Assembly (NCBI GenBank): GCA_963718525.1
Contig: OY970355.1
Coordinates: 928,001 to 992,000 of the forward strand
Source of the DNA: Candidatus Dormiibacterota bacterium
GTDB lineage: Bacteria > Chloroflexota > Dormibacteria > Aeolococcales > Aeolococcaceae
Length of the DNA stretch: 64,000 nucleotides
Direction of reading: 5' to 3'
In this document: piece by piece, positions 19,944 through 29,810 of the stretch
How positions within the stretch are numbered: position 1 is the stretch's first letter
Layout: the number at the start of each line of letters is the position of its first letter
The notes under the pieces: model-generated
The model's database searches: none
The model's input: only the letters and a program-made list of their open reading frames with translations
Told to the model about the DNA's origin: nothing
Translations under genes and position numbers: made by a program

Positions 19944-20327
19944 TCAGGCCTCCGACGGCCCGATCGCGGGTGCCACGAGGATGGTGTAGCGCTCGCACAT
20001 CGTGTCGAAGCGTGCAGCCGTATATGCGTCGAGCAGCGATCGGTGGCGCTGCACCAGGGGAGCGATGTACTCACGGAGATACGGTCCCCGAGCCGACCAC
20101 TGGTAGTAGGAGCGCCCGCCGTGGTGGTATGGGCCATAGAGCGCGCTGCCCGGGTAGGTCCTGCGCATCCACTCGAAGGTCTCCTCGTGGCGGACATGCA
20201 TCCGCAGCGTCACCTGCGGCTGGCGGCCGTCGCCGCCGAAGTGGCCCTCGCCGACCAGCAGGCCCAGGAGGAAACCGACCGAGAGGTCGTCCGGTTCGGG
20301 AGAAGAAGCGGGGGTGAGGGACGCCAC
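19944..20327 (-). CDS. Stand-alone single-motif LAGLIDADG-like protein
   Basis: GFLLGLLVGEGHF helix motif followed by LAGLIDADG-like beta-strand pattern (QVTLRM, LYGPY, YYQWSARG). Confidence 0.75.
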   Translation of the reverse strand: MASLTPASSPEPDDLSVGFLLGLLVGEGHFGGDGRQPQVTLRMHVRHEETFEWMRRTYPGSALYGPYHHGGRSYYQWSARGPYLREYIAPLVQRHRSLLDAYTAARFDTMCERYTILVAPAIGPSEA

Positions 20328-20333
20328 GCGGCA

Positions 20334-20362
20334 ACGATAGATGGCCGCTGTTTCACCGTCAA
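20334..20362 (-). promoter_or_regulatory. Sigma70-type promoter of the LAGLIDADG gene (leaderless)
   Basis: TTGACG (20362-20357) - 17 nt - TATCGT (20339-20334) - 6 nt - GTG. Confidence 0.7.
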
Positions 20363-20548
20363 GTTGTTTGCGAAACATCGCTCGACCCCACCCACTCGAG
20401 CGGGGACGGTTTTCCACAGGTCCGAGCCGCGTTGTGCCATCTCCAACTCGCAACCACGCCACGGCCGCGCCGCGAGCCTGGGGAAACCCGGGATAACTCG
20501 ATGTCCGGCGGGGGGCCGCCGCGATCCGGCCATAATCAGCCGCTAACC

Positions 20549-21358
20549 GTGCCACCGAGCATCCTCGCAGTCGCCAATCAGAAGGGCGGTGTCGGAAAGA
20601 CGACGACGGCCGTCAGCGTGGGCGCAGCGCTCGCGGAGATGGGCCGGAAGGTCCTCCTCATCGACGTCGACCCCCAGGCCAATGCCACGTCCGGGCTCGG
20701 CATCGATCGAAATCGCGTCGAGACGAGCGTCTACGACGTGATCGTGATGGGTAGGTCGCTCGCGGACGCGCGCCTGCAGACGGCTGTCCCAGGCCTTGAC
20801 ATCGTTCCGTCCGCAATTGCGCTGGCCGGTTCGGAGATCGAGTTGGTCGATCTCGCCCGTCGGGAGCGCCGTCTCCAATACGCGCTGGAGGCTCTGGGGT
20901 CCGACGACGACTACGTGCTGATTGATTCCCCCCCTAGCCTCGGGCTGCTTGCGATCAATGCCGTCGTCGCCGCGGACGCACTCCTCATCCCGATTCAGTG
21001 CGAGTTCTACGCCCTCGAGGGCCTCGGGCTGCTCATGCACACGCTGGCGCTGCTGCGCAGAGAGCTGAATCCGACACTCAGAATCGCCGGCATCGTGATG
21101 ACCCTCTTCGACGCCCGGCTTGCACTCGCCCATCAGGTCGTCGACGAGGTTCGCGCGCGTTTTGGAGACCAGTTGCTGACCCCGCTCATCCCCCGCAACG
21201 TCCGCTTGAGCGAAGCGCCGAGCCACGGCGTTCCGATCACCCTCTATGACCCCACCTGTCGCGGCGCGATCGCCTACCGGGAGCTCAGCGTGAACCTCGA
21301 TGAGCGGATCCGGGGCGGCGCTCTCCTCGCGGCCGCGAGCTCCCCAGGCCCGGCATGA
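20549..21358 (+). CDS. parA: Chromosome partitioning ATPase ParA/Soj
   Basis: NQKGGVGKTTT, DVDPQANAT, DSPPSLG, QCEFYALEG, IPRNVRLSEAPSHG. Confidence 0.96.
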   Translation: MPPSILAVANQKGGVGKTTTAVSVGAALAEMGRKVLLIDVDPQANATSGLGIDRNRVETSVYDVIVMGRSLADARLQTAVPGLDIVPSAIALAGSEIELVDLARRERRLQYALEALGSDDDYVLIDSPPSLGLLAINAVVAADALLIPIQCEFYALEGLGLLMHTLALLRRELNPTLRIAGIVMTLFDARLALAHQVVDEVRARFGDQLLTPLIPRNVRLSEAPSHGVPITLYDPTCRGAIAYRELSVNLDERIRGGALLAAASSPGPA

Positions 21359-22257
21359 GTGACATGGCGCCCAGGGCATTCCGCCGCCGCGGCCTGGGCC
21401 GCGGGCTCGACGCACTCCTCACCAGCGAAACCGAAGCCGAGGAAGGATCGCCGCTGATCAGCGTTGATCCGCGACTGGTCGCGCCCAACCCGGAGCAGCC
21501 TCGCCGCGCCTTCGAACCGGATGCGCTCGCGGCGCTTGGCGACTCCATCCGCCTTCACGGCCTGCTCCACCCGATCGTCATCCAGCGCGAGGGTGACTCG
21601 TTCAGCCTCGTCGCCGGCGAACGGCGCCTTCGAGCCGCCCAGCTTGCCGGGGTCTCGACGATTCCGGCGATCGTCAGGCCGGCGGCCGAATCCAGCCGCC
21701 ACCAGCTGGAGATGGCGCTCACCGAGAACCTGCTTCGAACCGACCTCAACCCGATGGAGGAGGCCGCCGCCTACGCCCGCCTGTCAGATGCCTTCGGCCT
21801 CACCCACGAGGCCATAGCGCTCCGCCTGGGGCGCAGTCGGTCGGGCGTCTCCAACGCGATCCGGCTCCTCGATCTCCCGGCCCCTGTCCAGGAGGCGGTC
21901 GCCGACTCGCGGCTCACGGCAAGCCACGCGCGGGCGCTGCTGGTCCTGCCGCTCACTGCCGATCAGGAGGCTGTGGCAGCTCTGGTGATCGCAGATGGCC
22001 TCAACGTCCGTGAGACCGAGCGCCTGGTCCAGGAGCGGCTCACGCGGGCGCCGGCGGCACTCCAGCGCCCCTCGGCGACCGCCCGCACGCACGCGGCCCC
22101 GGACGATGTCGCATTGCGACGCGGCCTCGAGCATGCGCTCGGGGTCTCCGTCCGCCTCCAGCGCCGAAAGGGCGGCGGCGGCAGGATCGTCATCGACTGG
22201 GCTGAGGAGTCCGACCTCGACGCGCTCTATCGCAAGCTCGGGGGCCCCCCGCTTTAG
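21355..22257 (+). CDS. parB: Chromosome partitioning protein ParB/Spo0J
   Basis: GLGRGLDALL, PNPEQPRR, AGERRLRA, ENLLRTDLNPMEEA, HTH. Confidence 0.96.
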   Translation: MSDMAPRAFRRRGLGRGLDALLTSETEAEEGSPLISVDPRLVAPNPEQPRRAFEPDALAALGDSIRLHGLLHPIVIQREGDSFSLVAGERRLRAAQLAGVSTIPAIVRPAAESSRHQLEMALTENLLRTDLNPMEEAAAYARLSDAFGLTHEAIALRLGRSRSGVSNAIRLLDLPAPVQEAVADSRLTASHARALLVLPLTADQEAVAALVIADGLNVRETERLVQERLTRAPAALQRPSATARTHAAPDDVALRRGLEHALGVSVRLQRRKGGGGRIVIDWAEESDLDALYRKLGGPPL

Positions 22258-22279
22258 GATCGAACCGGGTCCCGCAGGT

Positions 22280-22912
22280 TCAGCCGACGGGGCGGTCCGC
22301 TGCTCCGGTCAGGCGCGCCTCCGCCGCGTCCGCGTCGAAGTTCGCGAGGAAGGCCTCGATGTACTTCGGACGGTCGGCGGGCTTGTAATCGAGCAGGAAA
22401 GCGTGCTCCCACACGTCCATCACGACGATCGGCTTGAACCCGGCGATGTTACCGTCCTCGTGCAGGGTGATCCAGTGGTTGCTGAGCCTCCCGGTTGCCG
22501 TGTCCAGGAAGGTCACTGCCCAGCCCACGCCGCGCATTCCCCCGATCGCCGTGAAGTCCTTGCGCCAGGTGTCGATGTCGCCGAACGACTCGCCGAGTGC
22601 GCGCCCCAATGGGGATGAGGATGAGATGCCCCCGCCGCTCGCCTTGGTGAGGTTGCCGAAATACCACTCGTGGAGAACCATCCCGTTGTACTCGAAGCCG
22701 AGCCGGCGGGTGATCTCCGAGTACGACGGATTCGACGCCAGGCCCTGGCCCGCCTGCTGCATCGTGACCAGCTGCTCGTTGAGGAGGTTCGTGTTTTTGA
22801 CATAACCGGCATAAAGTCCGAAATGGACTTCGAGCGTGTTGTCCGAGATGCCGGTCAGGCCCGATAGGTCGAACGTCTTGGCCTTGTACGGGGTCTGCGT
22901 CAGGAGCGCCAT
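22280..22912 (-). CDS. Fe/Mn superoxide dismutase family protein
   Basis: Metal ligands in LEVHFGLY, LHEWYF, DVWEHAF. Confidence 0.9.
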   Translation of the reverse strand: MALLTQTPYKAKTFDLSGLTGISDNTLEVHFGLYAGYVKNTNLLNEQLVTMQQAGQGLASNPSYSEITRRLGFEYNGMVLHEWYFGNLTKASGGGISSSSPLGRALGESFGDIDTWRKDFTAIGGMRGVGWAVTFLDTATGRLSNHWITLHEDGNIAGFKPIVVMDVWEHAFLLDYKPADRPKYIEAFLANFDADAAEARLTGAADRPVG

Positions 22913-22990
22913 CTTCTGCCTCGTGTATCAAGCGGGTCCACGGTGGTGGTGCACATTCTGGCAGCGTTGGACCGGGGCCCGCAGGGCGAT

Positions 22991-25045
22991 TCAGCCGGCC
23001 GGCGCGACGATGTCCACCGGTCTGTCGTAGCTCGTGTACGTGTCCGTCATGAAGTGACCGGGGGCGTCCATCGCCACCTGCCGGACGCGTCCGGTGGCGT
23101 CGATCCAGAACGTGAACCAGATCGGCGTGGACTGCGAATTCCCGAAGCTCGCCACCATCGTGGTCGGGATGCCGCCGAGCGTCTGCCGGCCGACCACATG
23201 AGCGTTGGTCAACGGCCTGAAGTAGTCCCACACGAATGATGGGACCGTGTCCACCGGCGATGTCTGGTGCTGCCACGGACCGCCGGGGGCTTGCTGCGTG
23301 TAGAGGTTCGTGCCGATCCAGATGGTCGTGCCCGCGTTGTTGATCGTCCAGGTCGTGCGGTCAGGCGCGTCCGACGAGTAGACACCGCTGATCGTCGCGG
23401 TGCCGGAGCTGAGGACCTCCTTGAACTGGTAGGAGGTCAACGCGTGCATCGCGGTGTCGAGCTGCGCCAGCAGCGTGTCGCCGGGTGGCGCCGGGAGCGC
23501 CGGGATGGTGAACACCGCCTCACCACCAATGCCGTTGAGCACGTCCACCCACACCCTGTCGCCGGGGTGGATATCGATCGTCGCGCTGCGGCAGGTGTCC
23601 CCGCAGGTGCGCAATGCCGTGTAGACGCCGTTGACCGCGATGTTCGCGGCGACGCCTCGGGCCGACGCGGTGCCATCGATGGGGAGGACATACACCGTGG
23701 CGCGGTTCGGGCCGGGCAGCCCCGGTGAGAGGCTGAGGCCGACCAGGTCGCTGCCGGCCGCGCCCGCCATCGTGAGCTCGTCGCCAGTGGGAAGCCCCGC
23801 TGCCGGCGTCGCCGCCGCGGCTTCCGCAAGCTGCTGTGCGGCGGCCGTGGGTGGGGTCGGAAACGAGGCGAGGAGCGCGGCCGCCGCGACCACGCCGGCA
23901 GCGAGCGCCGCCTCGACGCGGACGTGTGGTCGCTTCAGCCGCCACGCCATCGCCGAGAGCGGCAGCATCAGGGCGACCAGCGCCATTTTGGCCAGGAGGA
24001 CCCGTCCGTAGGCCGTGCCGAAGAGGGCCTGGACCGAGCCGAGCTGCGTGATGGCTTCGAGCCCACCCGCGACGACCGTTGCCGCGAACGCGCCGAGCGC
24101 CACCGGTGTGAACCTTGCCAGGAGGATCCGCGCCTCCGCCGAACGCCAACCCCCCGGAGGGTGCTGCAGCGCCAGCGCCGCGATCCCGCCGGCCCAGAGC
24201 CCTGCGGCGAGCAGATGCACGGCGTCGAGCCCGATCCCGTACCAGGCCGGGCTGACACCTGCGGCATGGCCTGAGGCGGCGAGCATCACCAGAGCGCCGG
24301 CCAGCCAGACCGGCAGGCTGCGCCAGCCCCGCGCCACCGCGACGAGCGTCAGCGTTTCGAAGCCGAGCCGCGCGATCAACGCGGCCCCGGAGAACCCATT
24401 GAAGAACGCGAGGTAGTTGGCGATGCTGTGCCCCCCCGATCCGACGGTGGCCTCGGACCACACGGTCACCAGCCCGGCGGAGAGCGCAACGCTTGAAGCA
24501 CGGAACCTCGCGGCCACCCACTCGAGCGGCCGCGGTCGCCTGGCCAGGGTGGTGATCAGCAGCTGGCCGGCCAGAAAGAGCAGCGCGAGCGCCTCCACCC
24601 ACTTCACCACCCCGATGGCGATGTCCGACGGCTGCGGGCCGGGGACGGCGTTGGCGGCGAGCTGAGACGGCGTGCTTCCGGCCACCCCGACGTCAAAGGT
24701 GAAGCTGCTGGTGATGCGGTGCCCGTCGAAGGTACTCACCGAGGTCCAATCGACCGTGTAGACCCCCGACGCGTTCGTGGCCATCGGAATGCGTATCTCG
24801 TACGCGCTGTCGACCTTGCCGGCCCACACGTGTCCGGTTGGATCGACCACTGTCGCCTGTGAGAGGCTGGCGTTGAGCGGCTGGTCGAAGTCGAGAGACA
24901 CGACCCCTGGAGCCGTCCCGAGATGGGCGCCGGCCGGGGGAGACGAGGCGCTGAGCAGCGCGTGCGCCGAGGCCGCCATCGGAATGATCAGGGCCGCGGA
25001 GATCGCGATCACCACCGCGGCGAGGCGGCGAACCCCCGTTGTCAC
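22991..25045 (-). CDS. CopC-CopD copper-handling fusion protein with additional extracellular C-terminal domains
   Basis: Signal peptide then AHALL..SSP and DGH (CopC); SGHA, HLLAAGLWAGG, YGRVLLAK (CopD). Confidence 0.85.
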   Translation of the reverse strand: MTTGVRRLAAVVIAISAALIIPMAASAHALLSASSPPAGAHLGTAPGVVSLDFDQPLNASLSQATVVDPTGHVWAGKVDSAYEIRIPMATNASGVYTVDWTSVSTFDGHRITSSFTFDVGVAGSTPSQLAANAVPGPQPSDIAIGVVKWVEALALLFLAGQLLITTLARRPRPLEWVAARFRASSVALSAGLVTVWSEATVGSGGHSIANYLAFFNGFSGAALIARLGFETLTLVAVARGWRSLPVWLAGALVMLAASGHAAGVSPAWYGIGLDAVHLLAAGLWAGGIAALALQHPPGGWRSAEARILLARFTPVALGAFAATVVAGGLEAITQLGSVQALFGTAYGRVLLAKMALVALMLPLSAMAWRLKRPHVRVEAALAAGVVAAAALLASFPTPPTAAAQQLAEAAAATPAAGLPTGDELTMAGAAGSDLVGLSLSPGLPGPNRATVYVLPIDGTASARGVAANIAVNGVYTALRTCGDTCRSATIDIHPGDRVWVDVLNGIGGEAVFTIPALPAPPGDTLLAQLDTAMHALTSYQFKEVLSSGTATISGVYSSDAPDRTTWTINNAGTTIWIGTNLYTQQAPGGPWQHQTSPVDTVPSFVWDYFRPLTNAHVVGRQTLGGIPTTMVASFGNSQSTPIWFTFWIDATGRVRQVAMDAPGHFMTDTYTSYDRPVDIVAPAG

Positions 25046-25118
25046 GTTCCCATGATGGAGCAGCGCCACGTCGCCCCCGCCGTGGTGCTCTCGGTGCTTC
25101 GCCTCATAATCGGGCCGA

Positions 25119-25898
25119 GTGGCCCAGGTTCTCCCGCCCCCGGAAGCGACGCGCGCGCCCAGCCCATGGTGGCGAGGATCGTGGGTCCGAGACACCGTCG
25201 AGGTGCTCCTGATCGCCGTGATCCTCTACGTCGCCATCGCCTTCGCGCTGCAGACGGTTCGCGTCGACGGCGAGAGCATGCAGAACACCTTGCAGAACCA
25301 GGACCTGTTGCTCGCCAGCAAGATCTCGTACGACTTCGGCGGTAACCCGCAACGCGGCGACATCGTGATCCTGATCCCGCCCACCGATCCCTCCCAGGAC
25401 TTCATCAAGCGGGTCATCGGACTTCCCGGCGATGTCATCGAGATCGACGGAGACCACACCCCCACCGAGGTGCTCATCAAGCCCGGCGGGAAGGGGCCGT
25501 TCGAGGTCTTGAACGAGCCCTATCTTCCCGAGCGGTGGACCACGCTCAAATTCTGCTGCACTCCGGGCGGGACGGCCACGTCGACACCGCAGCCACTGGC
25601 GATTCCCGCGAACGAGTACTTCGTGATGGGCGACAACCGTAACTACTCGAGCGACTCGCGCGTCTTTGGCCTGGTGCCCCGCAAGAACATCCTTGCGAAG
25701 GCAATCCTGCGCATCTGGCCCATCGGCAATTTCGGCGCCCTCGGCTCGGGGCCGACCCTCGAGCCCGTGACCAGCACGGCACTTGCCCTTCCCGCGCTGG
25801 GCATCGCGGCACTGGAATCGTGGCGCTGGCGCCGCCGCAGGATCCGGAGGCTGGTCGCGGCGCAGGCGGGGCAGACCACCGCCGACCCTCCCGTCTAG
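25119..25898 (+). CDS. lepB: Signal peptidase I
   Basis: GESMQNTL, FIKRVIGLPGD, YFVMGDNRNYSSDSR. Confidence 0.95.
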   Translation: MAQVLPPPEATRAPSPWWRGSWVRDTVEVLLIAVILYVAIAFALQTVRVDGESMQNTLQNQDLLLASKISYDFGGNPQRGDIVILIPPTDPSQDFIKRVIGLPGDVIEIDGDHTPTEVLIKPGGKGPFEVLNEPYLPERWTTLKFCCTPGGTATSTPQPLAIPANEYFVMGDNRNYSSDSRVFGLVPRKNILAKAILRIWPIGNFGALGSGPTLEPVTSTALALPALGIAALESWRWRRRRIRRLVAAQAGQTTADPPV

Positions 25899-25911
25899 CG
25901 ACTCCGACGGA

Positions 25912-26367
25912 TCAGCCGTGCACCCAGGCGGTGTCGGTGGCATTCCACTCAAGAAGGTCCGCGGGTTCGAAGAAGAGCGCAACCTCCTCCGCGCCACGTT
26001 CCGGTGAGTCGCTCCCATGCACCACGTTATTGCCAATGCTGACCGCAAGATCGCCGCGAATGCTGCCTGGCGCCGCCGCCGAGGGATTGGTTGCGCCCAT
26101 CATCGAGCGCACCTGCGTGACCGCGTCCTCGCCTTCCCACACCATGGCAACGACGGGCGCCGAGGTGATGAATTCCACCAGGCCCGCGAAGAACGGCTTG
26201 CCACGATGCTCGGCGTAATGGCGCTCGGCGAGGTCACGGTCCATCCGCAACATCCTGAGCGCCACAAGGTGCAGCCCGCGTTGCTCGAAACGCGTGATCA
26301 GCGCACCGATGAGGCGGCGCTGGACACCGTCTGGCTTGACGAGGACCAGTGTTCGTTCGATGCTCAC
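25912..26367 (-). CDS. ndk: Nucleoside diphosphate kinase
   Basis: ERTLVLVKPDGVQR, HYAEH, GATNP, NVVHGSDS. Confidence 0.97.
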   Translation of the reverse strand: MSIERTLVLVKPDGVQRRLIGALITRFEQRGLHLVALRMLRMDRDLAERHYAEHRGKPFFAGLVEFITSAPVVAMVWEGEDAVTQVRSMMGATNPSAAAPGSIRGDLAVSIGNNVVHGSDSPERGAEEVALFFEPADLLEWNATDTAWVHG

Positions 26368-26389
26368 GGCGCGACAGTCTGACACGCGA

Positions 26390-27667
26390 TCATCGGATCG
26401 CGATCGCCTTCTCGAATCGTGTTTCGCTCCTGAATGGACCCACCACGGCCGCGCGGAGCCCGGCGCAGAGCAGCCGCTCGGCAAGCTCGCGCACCTGCGC
26501 CGCCTCCACGAACTCGAGGCGCGCCACCAACTCCTCGGGTTCCACGATCCTCCCCTGGAGCAGGAGTTGCTGTCCCGCATATTCGCCGAGTGCCGACGTG
26601 CTCTCGAGCTGCAGCAGCAGCCGCCCTTTCGCGTATTCGCGTGCCTTGGTGAGCTCGGCGTCGCCGACGGGGTCATCGGCGAGCTTGCGCAGTTCCGCCA
26701 CGGCAGCTTCGACGGCCGTCGCCGCCTGGCGGGGCTCGCACGCCAGACCGATCCCCAGCACGCCCGTGTCGGACATGCGGCTCATGAATGAGTGCACGTC
26801 GTAGACGAGCCCGCGATGCTCGCGGAGCTCGAGAAAGAGACGGCTCGACATGCCCTCCCCGAGGATGACGTTGAGGATGTCGGCAACATGGCGATCCGGG
26901 TCGTTGTACGAGGGAGCTCGCGCGCCGATCAGGATGTTCGCCTGCTCGGCGCTGCGCCGGATCACTCGAAGTGGCGGACCGGACGGCGGTGTCGCCGGCA
27001 GCGCGGGCTCCGGGGTGCCGCTCCGGCTCGTGGCCCACGGCGCGATCGCCTGGTCGATGGTCGCGGTGGCTTCGGCTGCTTCGAACCCCCCGGCGATGCT
27101 CACCACCAGGGTCGAAGGCAGCAGGTGCTTCTCCAGGTGCCGCCGGCATTCGTCGGCGGTGAATGACAGGACGCTCTCCTCGCGCCCGGCGACATCCCAC
27201 CCCAGCGGGTGGTCGGGCCACATCAGAGCATCGAACGCGATCTGGACGTAGTCCTGGGGATTGTCCTGGTACATGCGCAGCTCTTCGATGACCACCTGGC
27301 GCTCTTTCACGACCTCCGCGTCGTCCAGCGCCGGCGTGAGCAGCATGTCGGTGAGCACCGAAACGGCCAGGCCCAGCTTTGCCACGGGAACGCGCGTCCA
27401 GAACACAGTTGCCTCGCGATCGGTCGCGGCGTTGAGCACCCCGCCGACGCCCTCGATCGCCTCGCTGATATCGCGCGCGGTCGGGTATCGCCTGCCGCCC
27501 TTGAACACCATGTGTTCGACGAAGTGGCTGATGCCGCTCTCCGCCTCGAACTCGTAGCGGGAGCCGACCCCGATCATGAAGGCGATCGCCACCGAGGCGC
27601 GGCCCGGCAACGGAACAGCCGTGAGCCTGGTCCCGCCGGACAGGGATTCGACGCCGAATTCGGTCAG
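26390..27667 (-). CDS. M16 (pitrilysin-family) zinc peptidase; probable CTG start
   Basis: GSRYE, HFVEH inverted zinc motif, LNAAT, GMSSRLFLELRE. Confidence 0.9.
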   Translation of the reverse strand: MTEFGVESLSGGTRLTAVPLPGRASVAIAFMIGVGSRYEFEAESGISHFVEHMVFKGGRRYPTARDISEAIEGVGGVLNAATDREATVFWTRVPVAKLGLAVSVLTDMLLTPALDDAEVVKERQVVIEELRMYQDNPQDYVQIAFDALMWPDHPLGWDVAGREESVLSFTADECRRHLEKHLLPSTLVVSIAGGFEAAEATATIDQAIAPWATSRSGTPEPALPATPPSGPPLRVIRRSAEQANILIGARAPSYNDPDRHVADILNVILGEGMSSRLFLELREHRGLVYDVHSFMSRMSDTGVLGIGLACEPRQAATAVEAAVAELRKLADDPVGDAELTKAREYAKGRLLLQLESTSALGEYAGQQLLLQGRIVEPEELVARLEFVEAAQVRELAERLLCAGLRAAVVGPFRSETRFEKAIAIR

Positions 27668-28419
27668 TACGACCGCCCGGAGGACCGGCCCTGACGGGCT
27701 CCTTCGAAGCGCTCCGGAGGACCACCCTGCGCAGGCCCCGTTGGATTGATGACCACGCGACGCGCCGGCTCCCTGCCGGTGCTCTCGGTGGTCACGGCGG
27801 GGTCGTCGGCCAGGGTCATGTGAATCACGCGGCGCTCGTAGGCATGCATCGGGTCGAGCGTGTACGGCTCGCCGGTTCGCTTGACCCGAAGTGCGAGACG
27901 CTCCGCCAGCTCGCGGACCTGGTCCTCGCGGCGTGCACGATAGCGCTCGACATCGAGGATCACCCTGCGCGACTCGACTCCCTCCTCGCCGAGCATGAGG
28001 TTCACGGCAGTCTGCAGTGATCTCAGCGTCTCCCCGCGCCACCCGATCAGCAGGCCCAGGTCGTCACCCGCGATGTCAAGGATCACCGGGCCTCCCGACG
28101 AGGAGCTCGTGGTTCCCGTTCCACGGCGCACGCTCACCCTGCAGGGCACCTCCATGCGCGTGAGCAGCTCCTCGAGCAGCGCTCGCGCGTTCGCCGCGTG
28201 CTCGTCGATCCGGTAGACGCGCACGCGTCGCTCGCCGGTGGACAGACGCTCGCCGGGCATCGCCCTGCTCTCCGGCGACAGCACCTGCACCTCCACGTGC
28301 TCGCGGCTGGCCCCGAGTTGAGCGAGCGCGACGCTCACGGCCTCCTCGATGGTCGCCCCGCGCGCCTCGACCCCGTCCTCGGTCTCTGCCTCGACCGCGC
28401 TAACCCTGCTCTCGCTCAC
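27664..28419 (-). CDS. jag: Jag/EloR (KhpB) RNA-binding protein
   Basis: Jag_N (GATIEEAV), KH (LLIGWRGETL), R3H (ERRVIH). Confidence 0.93.
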   Translation of the reverse strand: MSESRVSAVEAETEDGVEARGATIEEAVSVALAQLGASREHVEVQVLSPESRAMPGERLSTGERRVRVYRIDEHAANARALLEELLTRMEVPCRVSVRRGTGTTSSSSGGPVILDIAGDDLGLLIGWRGETLRSLQTAVNLMLGEEGVESRRVILDVERYRARREDQVRELAERLALRVKRTGEPYTLDPMHAYERRVIHMTLADDPAVTTESTGREPARRVVINPTGPAQGGPPERFEGARQGRSSGRSY

Positions 28420-28440
28420 CGTTCTCCCTCAACGCCGCGA

Positions 28441-29529
28441 TCAGCGGCGCCGTCTCCGTCTGTTCGGTCTGTTGGGTCGGGCCAGCGAGCGTGCTGTCGC
28501 GCTCTGGGAGCGGACCGGTGGCTCCTCGTCGGCGGCATCCGGCTTGTTGCCGTTGGCACTTGCCGACCTGGTCCCATTGCTCTTGGCCGTTCCGTTTTTG
28601 CCAGGTGTGACGACGACTGTCGTCTTCTTCGAGCCCGCTCCGGTCTTGACCGGCGTGCGGGGAATCGTCAGCGCCGTGACCCGATTGGCGCCCGGGAACC
28701 AGGCCGGCACCACGAGGCCGTTCCACCCGAGCAGGTGGTACTGCTGCGCGACCATGAAGATCGTGCCGGTTGCCCAGTAGATCGCCAGCCCCTGGGGGAA
28801 CAGGAAGCTGAAGATGAAGATCATCACCGGGAAGATGAACGACATCTGCTTGGTGACGCCCTGCATGGAGCGTTCCTGGTCGGACATGTCGGGACGCGAG
28901 GGCGGCATCATCATCCGCGACTGCGCAAAGGTGAACGCGCCGGCGATGATCGGCAGGATCAGCAGCTGCGGTTGCGTGAGCAGGCCGGCGAGCCCTGCGT
29001 GCCCGGTGCAGCACGCCGCTTGCGCAGACTGGGTGACATCGTGGATCCAGAGAAATCCCTTGTCCGAGTTCGCGAGAATGCCCTTGTTGGTGAAGTAGCG
29101 GATCGACTGATACAGGCCGATGAGCACGGGCATCTGCACCAGCGCCGGGATGCACCCGGTCAAGCTCGAGAAGGGGCTGATGCCGTGCTCTTTGTAGAGC
29201 GCGTTCATCTCCTGGCTGAGCCGCTGCGGCTCCTTCTTGTACTTCTTGCGAAGCTCCTGGAGCTGCGGAGCGACCAGTCGCTGCTCGGCCTGAATGCGCC
29301 GGGACGTGCGCAACTGCCAGCCGAACACCGGGAAGAGCACCGCTCGAATCGCGATGGTGAGCACCATGACGCTCAACCCGAACGCGCCGATGGACCTCAG
29401 GGGCCCGACGCTGGTGAAAAACGTGTTCAACTCGCGCAGGACCCACTCGAAGGGGTACTGCAGGAGCGTGAAGATCGAGAGCGGATTGAACCCGGACGAT
29501 GTGGTGGTCGTTGCTGCGGCGAGGATCAC
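28441..29529 (-). CDS. yidC: Membrane protein insertase YidC
   Basis: [35 protein letters not shown]. Confidence 0.94.
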   Translation of the reverse strand: MILAAATTTTSSGFNPLSIFTLLQYPFEWVLRELNTFFTSVGPLRSIGAFGLSVMVLTIAIRAVLFPVFGWQLRTSRRIQAEQRLVAPQLQELRKKYKKEPQRLSQEMNALYKEHGISPFSSLTGCIPALVQMPVLIGLYQSIRYFTNKGILANSDKGFLWIHDVTQSAQAACCTGHAGLAGLLTQPQLLILPIIAGAFTFAQSRMMMPPSRPDMSDQERSMQGVTKQMSFIFPVMIFIFSFLFPQGLAIYWATGTIFMVAQQYHLLGWNGLVVPAWFPGANRVTALTIPRTPVKTGAGSKKTTVVVTPGKNGTAKSNGTRSASANGNKPDAADEEPPVRSQSATARSLARPNRPNRRRRRR

Positions 29530-29810
29530 GCGGCGCTCCCGTGCCGGGTCGCGTCGTGATGGACGCGGCGCGCCGCGCGCCAGCTGATGTACGTCTCGGG
29601 CACGGGGTCGATGCCACCCTCGTGGAAGGGATGACAGCGGGCGATCCGGCGCACCGCCAGCCACCAGCCGCGGCGCGCGCCGAAGCGCTGGATCGCCTCG
29701 TAGCCGTAGTGCGAGCACGTGGGCTCGTAGCGGCAGGAGCTCATCATTCCGAAGAGGGGTCCGATGGTCACCTGGTAGATCCGGATGAACACCAGGCTGG
29801 CGTGTTTCAC
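29526..29810 (-). CDS. yidD: Membrane protein insertion efficiency factor YidD
   Basis: [30 protein letters not shown]. Confidence 0.95.
   Translation of the reverse strand: MKHASLVFIRIYQVTIGPLFGMMSSCRYEPTCSHYGYEAIQRFGARRGWWLAVRRIARCHPFHEGGIDPVPETYISWRAARRVHHDATRHGSAA

Noticed and set aside
19944-20555. Group I intron or intein homing element around the LAGLIDADG ORF, and the 203-aa long version of the ORF
   Set aside because: No interrupted host gene or splicing motifs seen; promoter position supports the GTG at 20327
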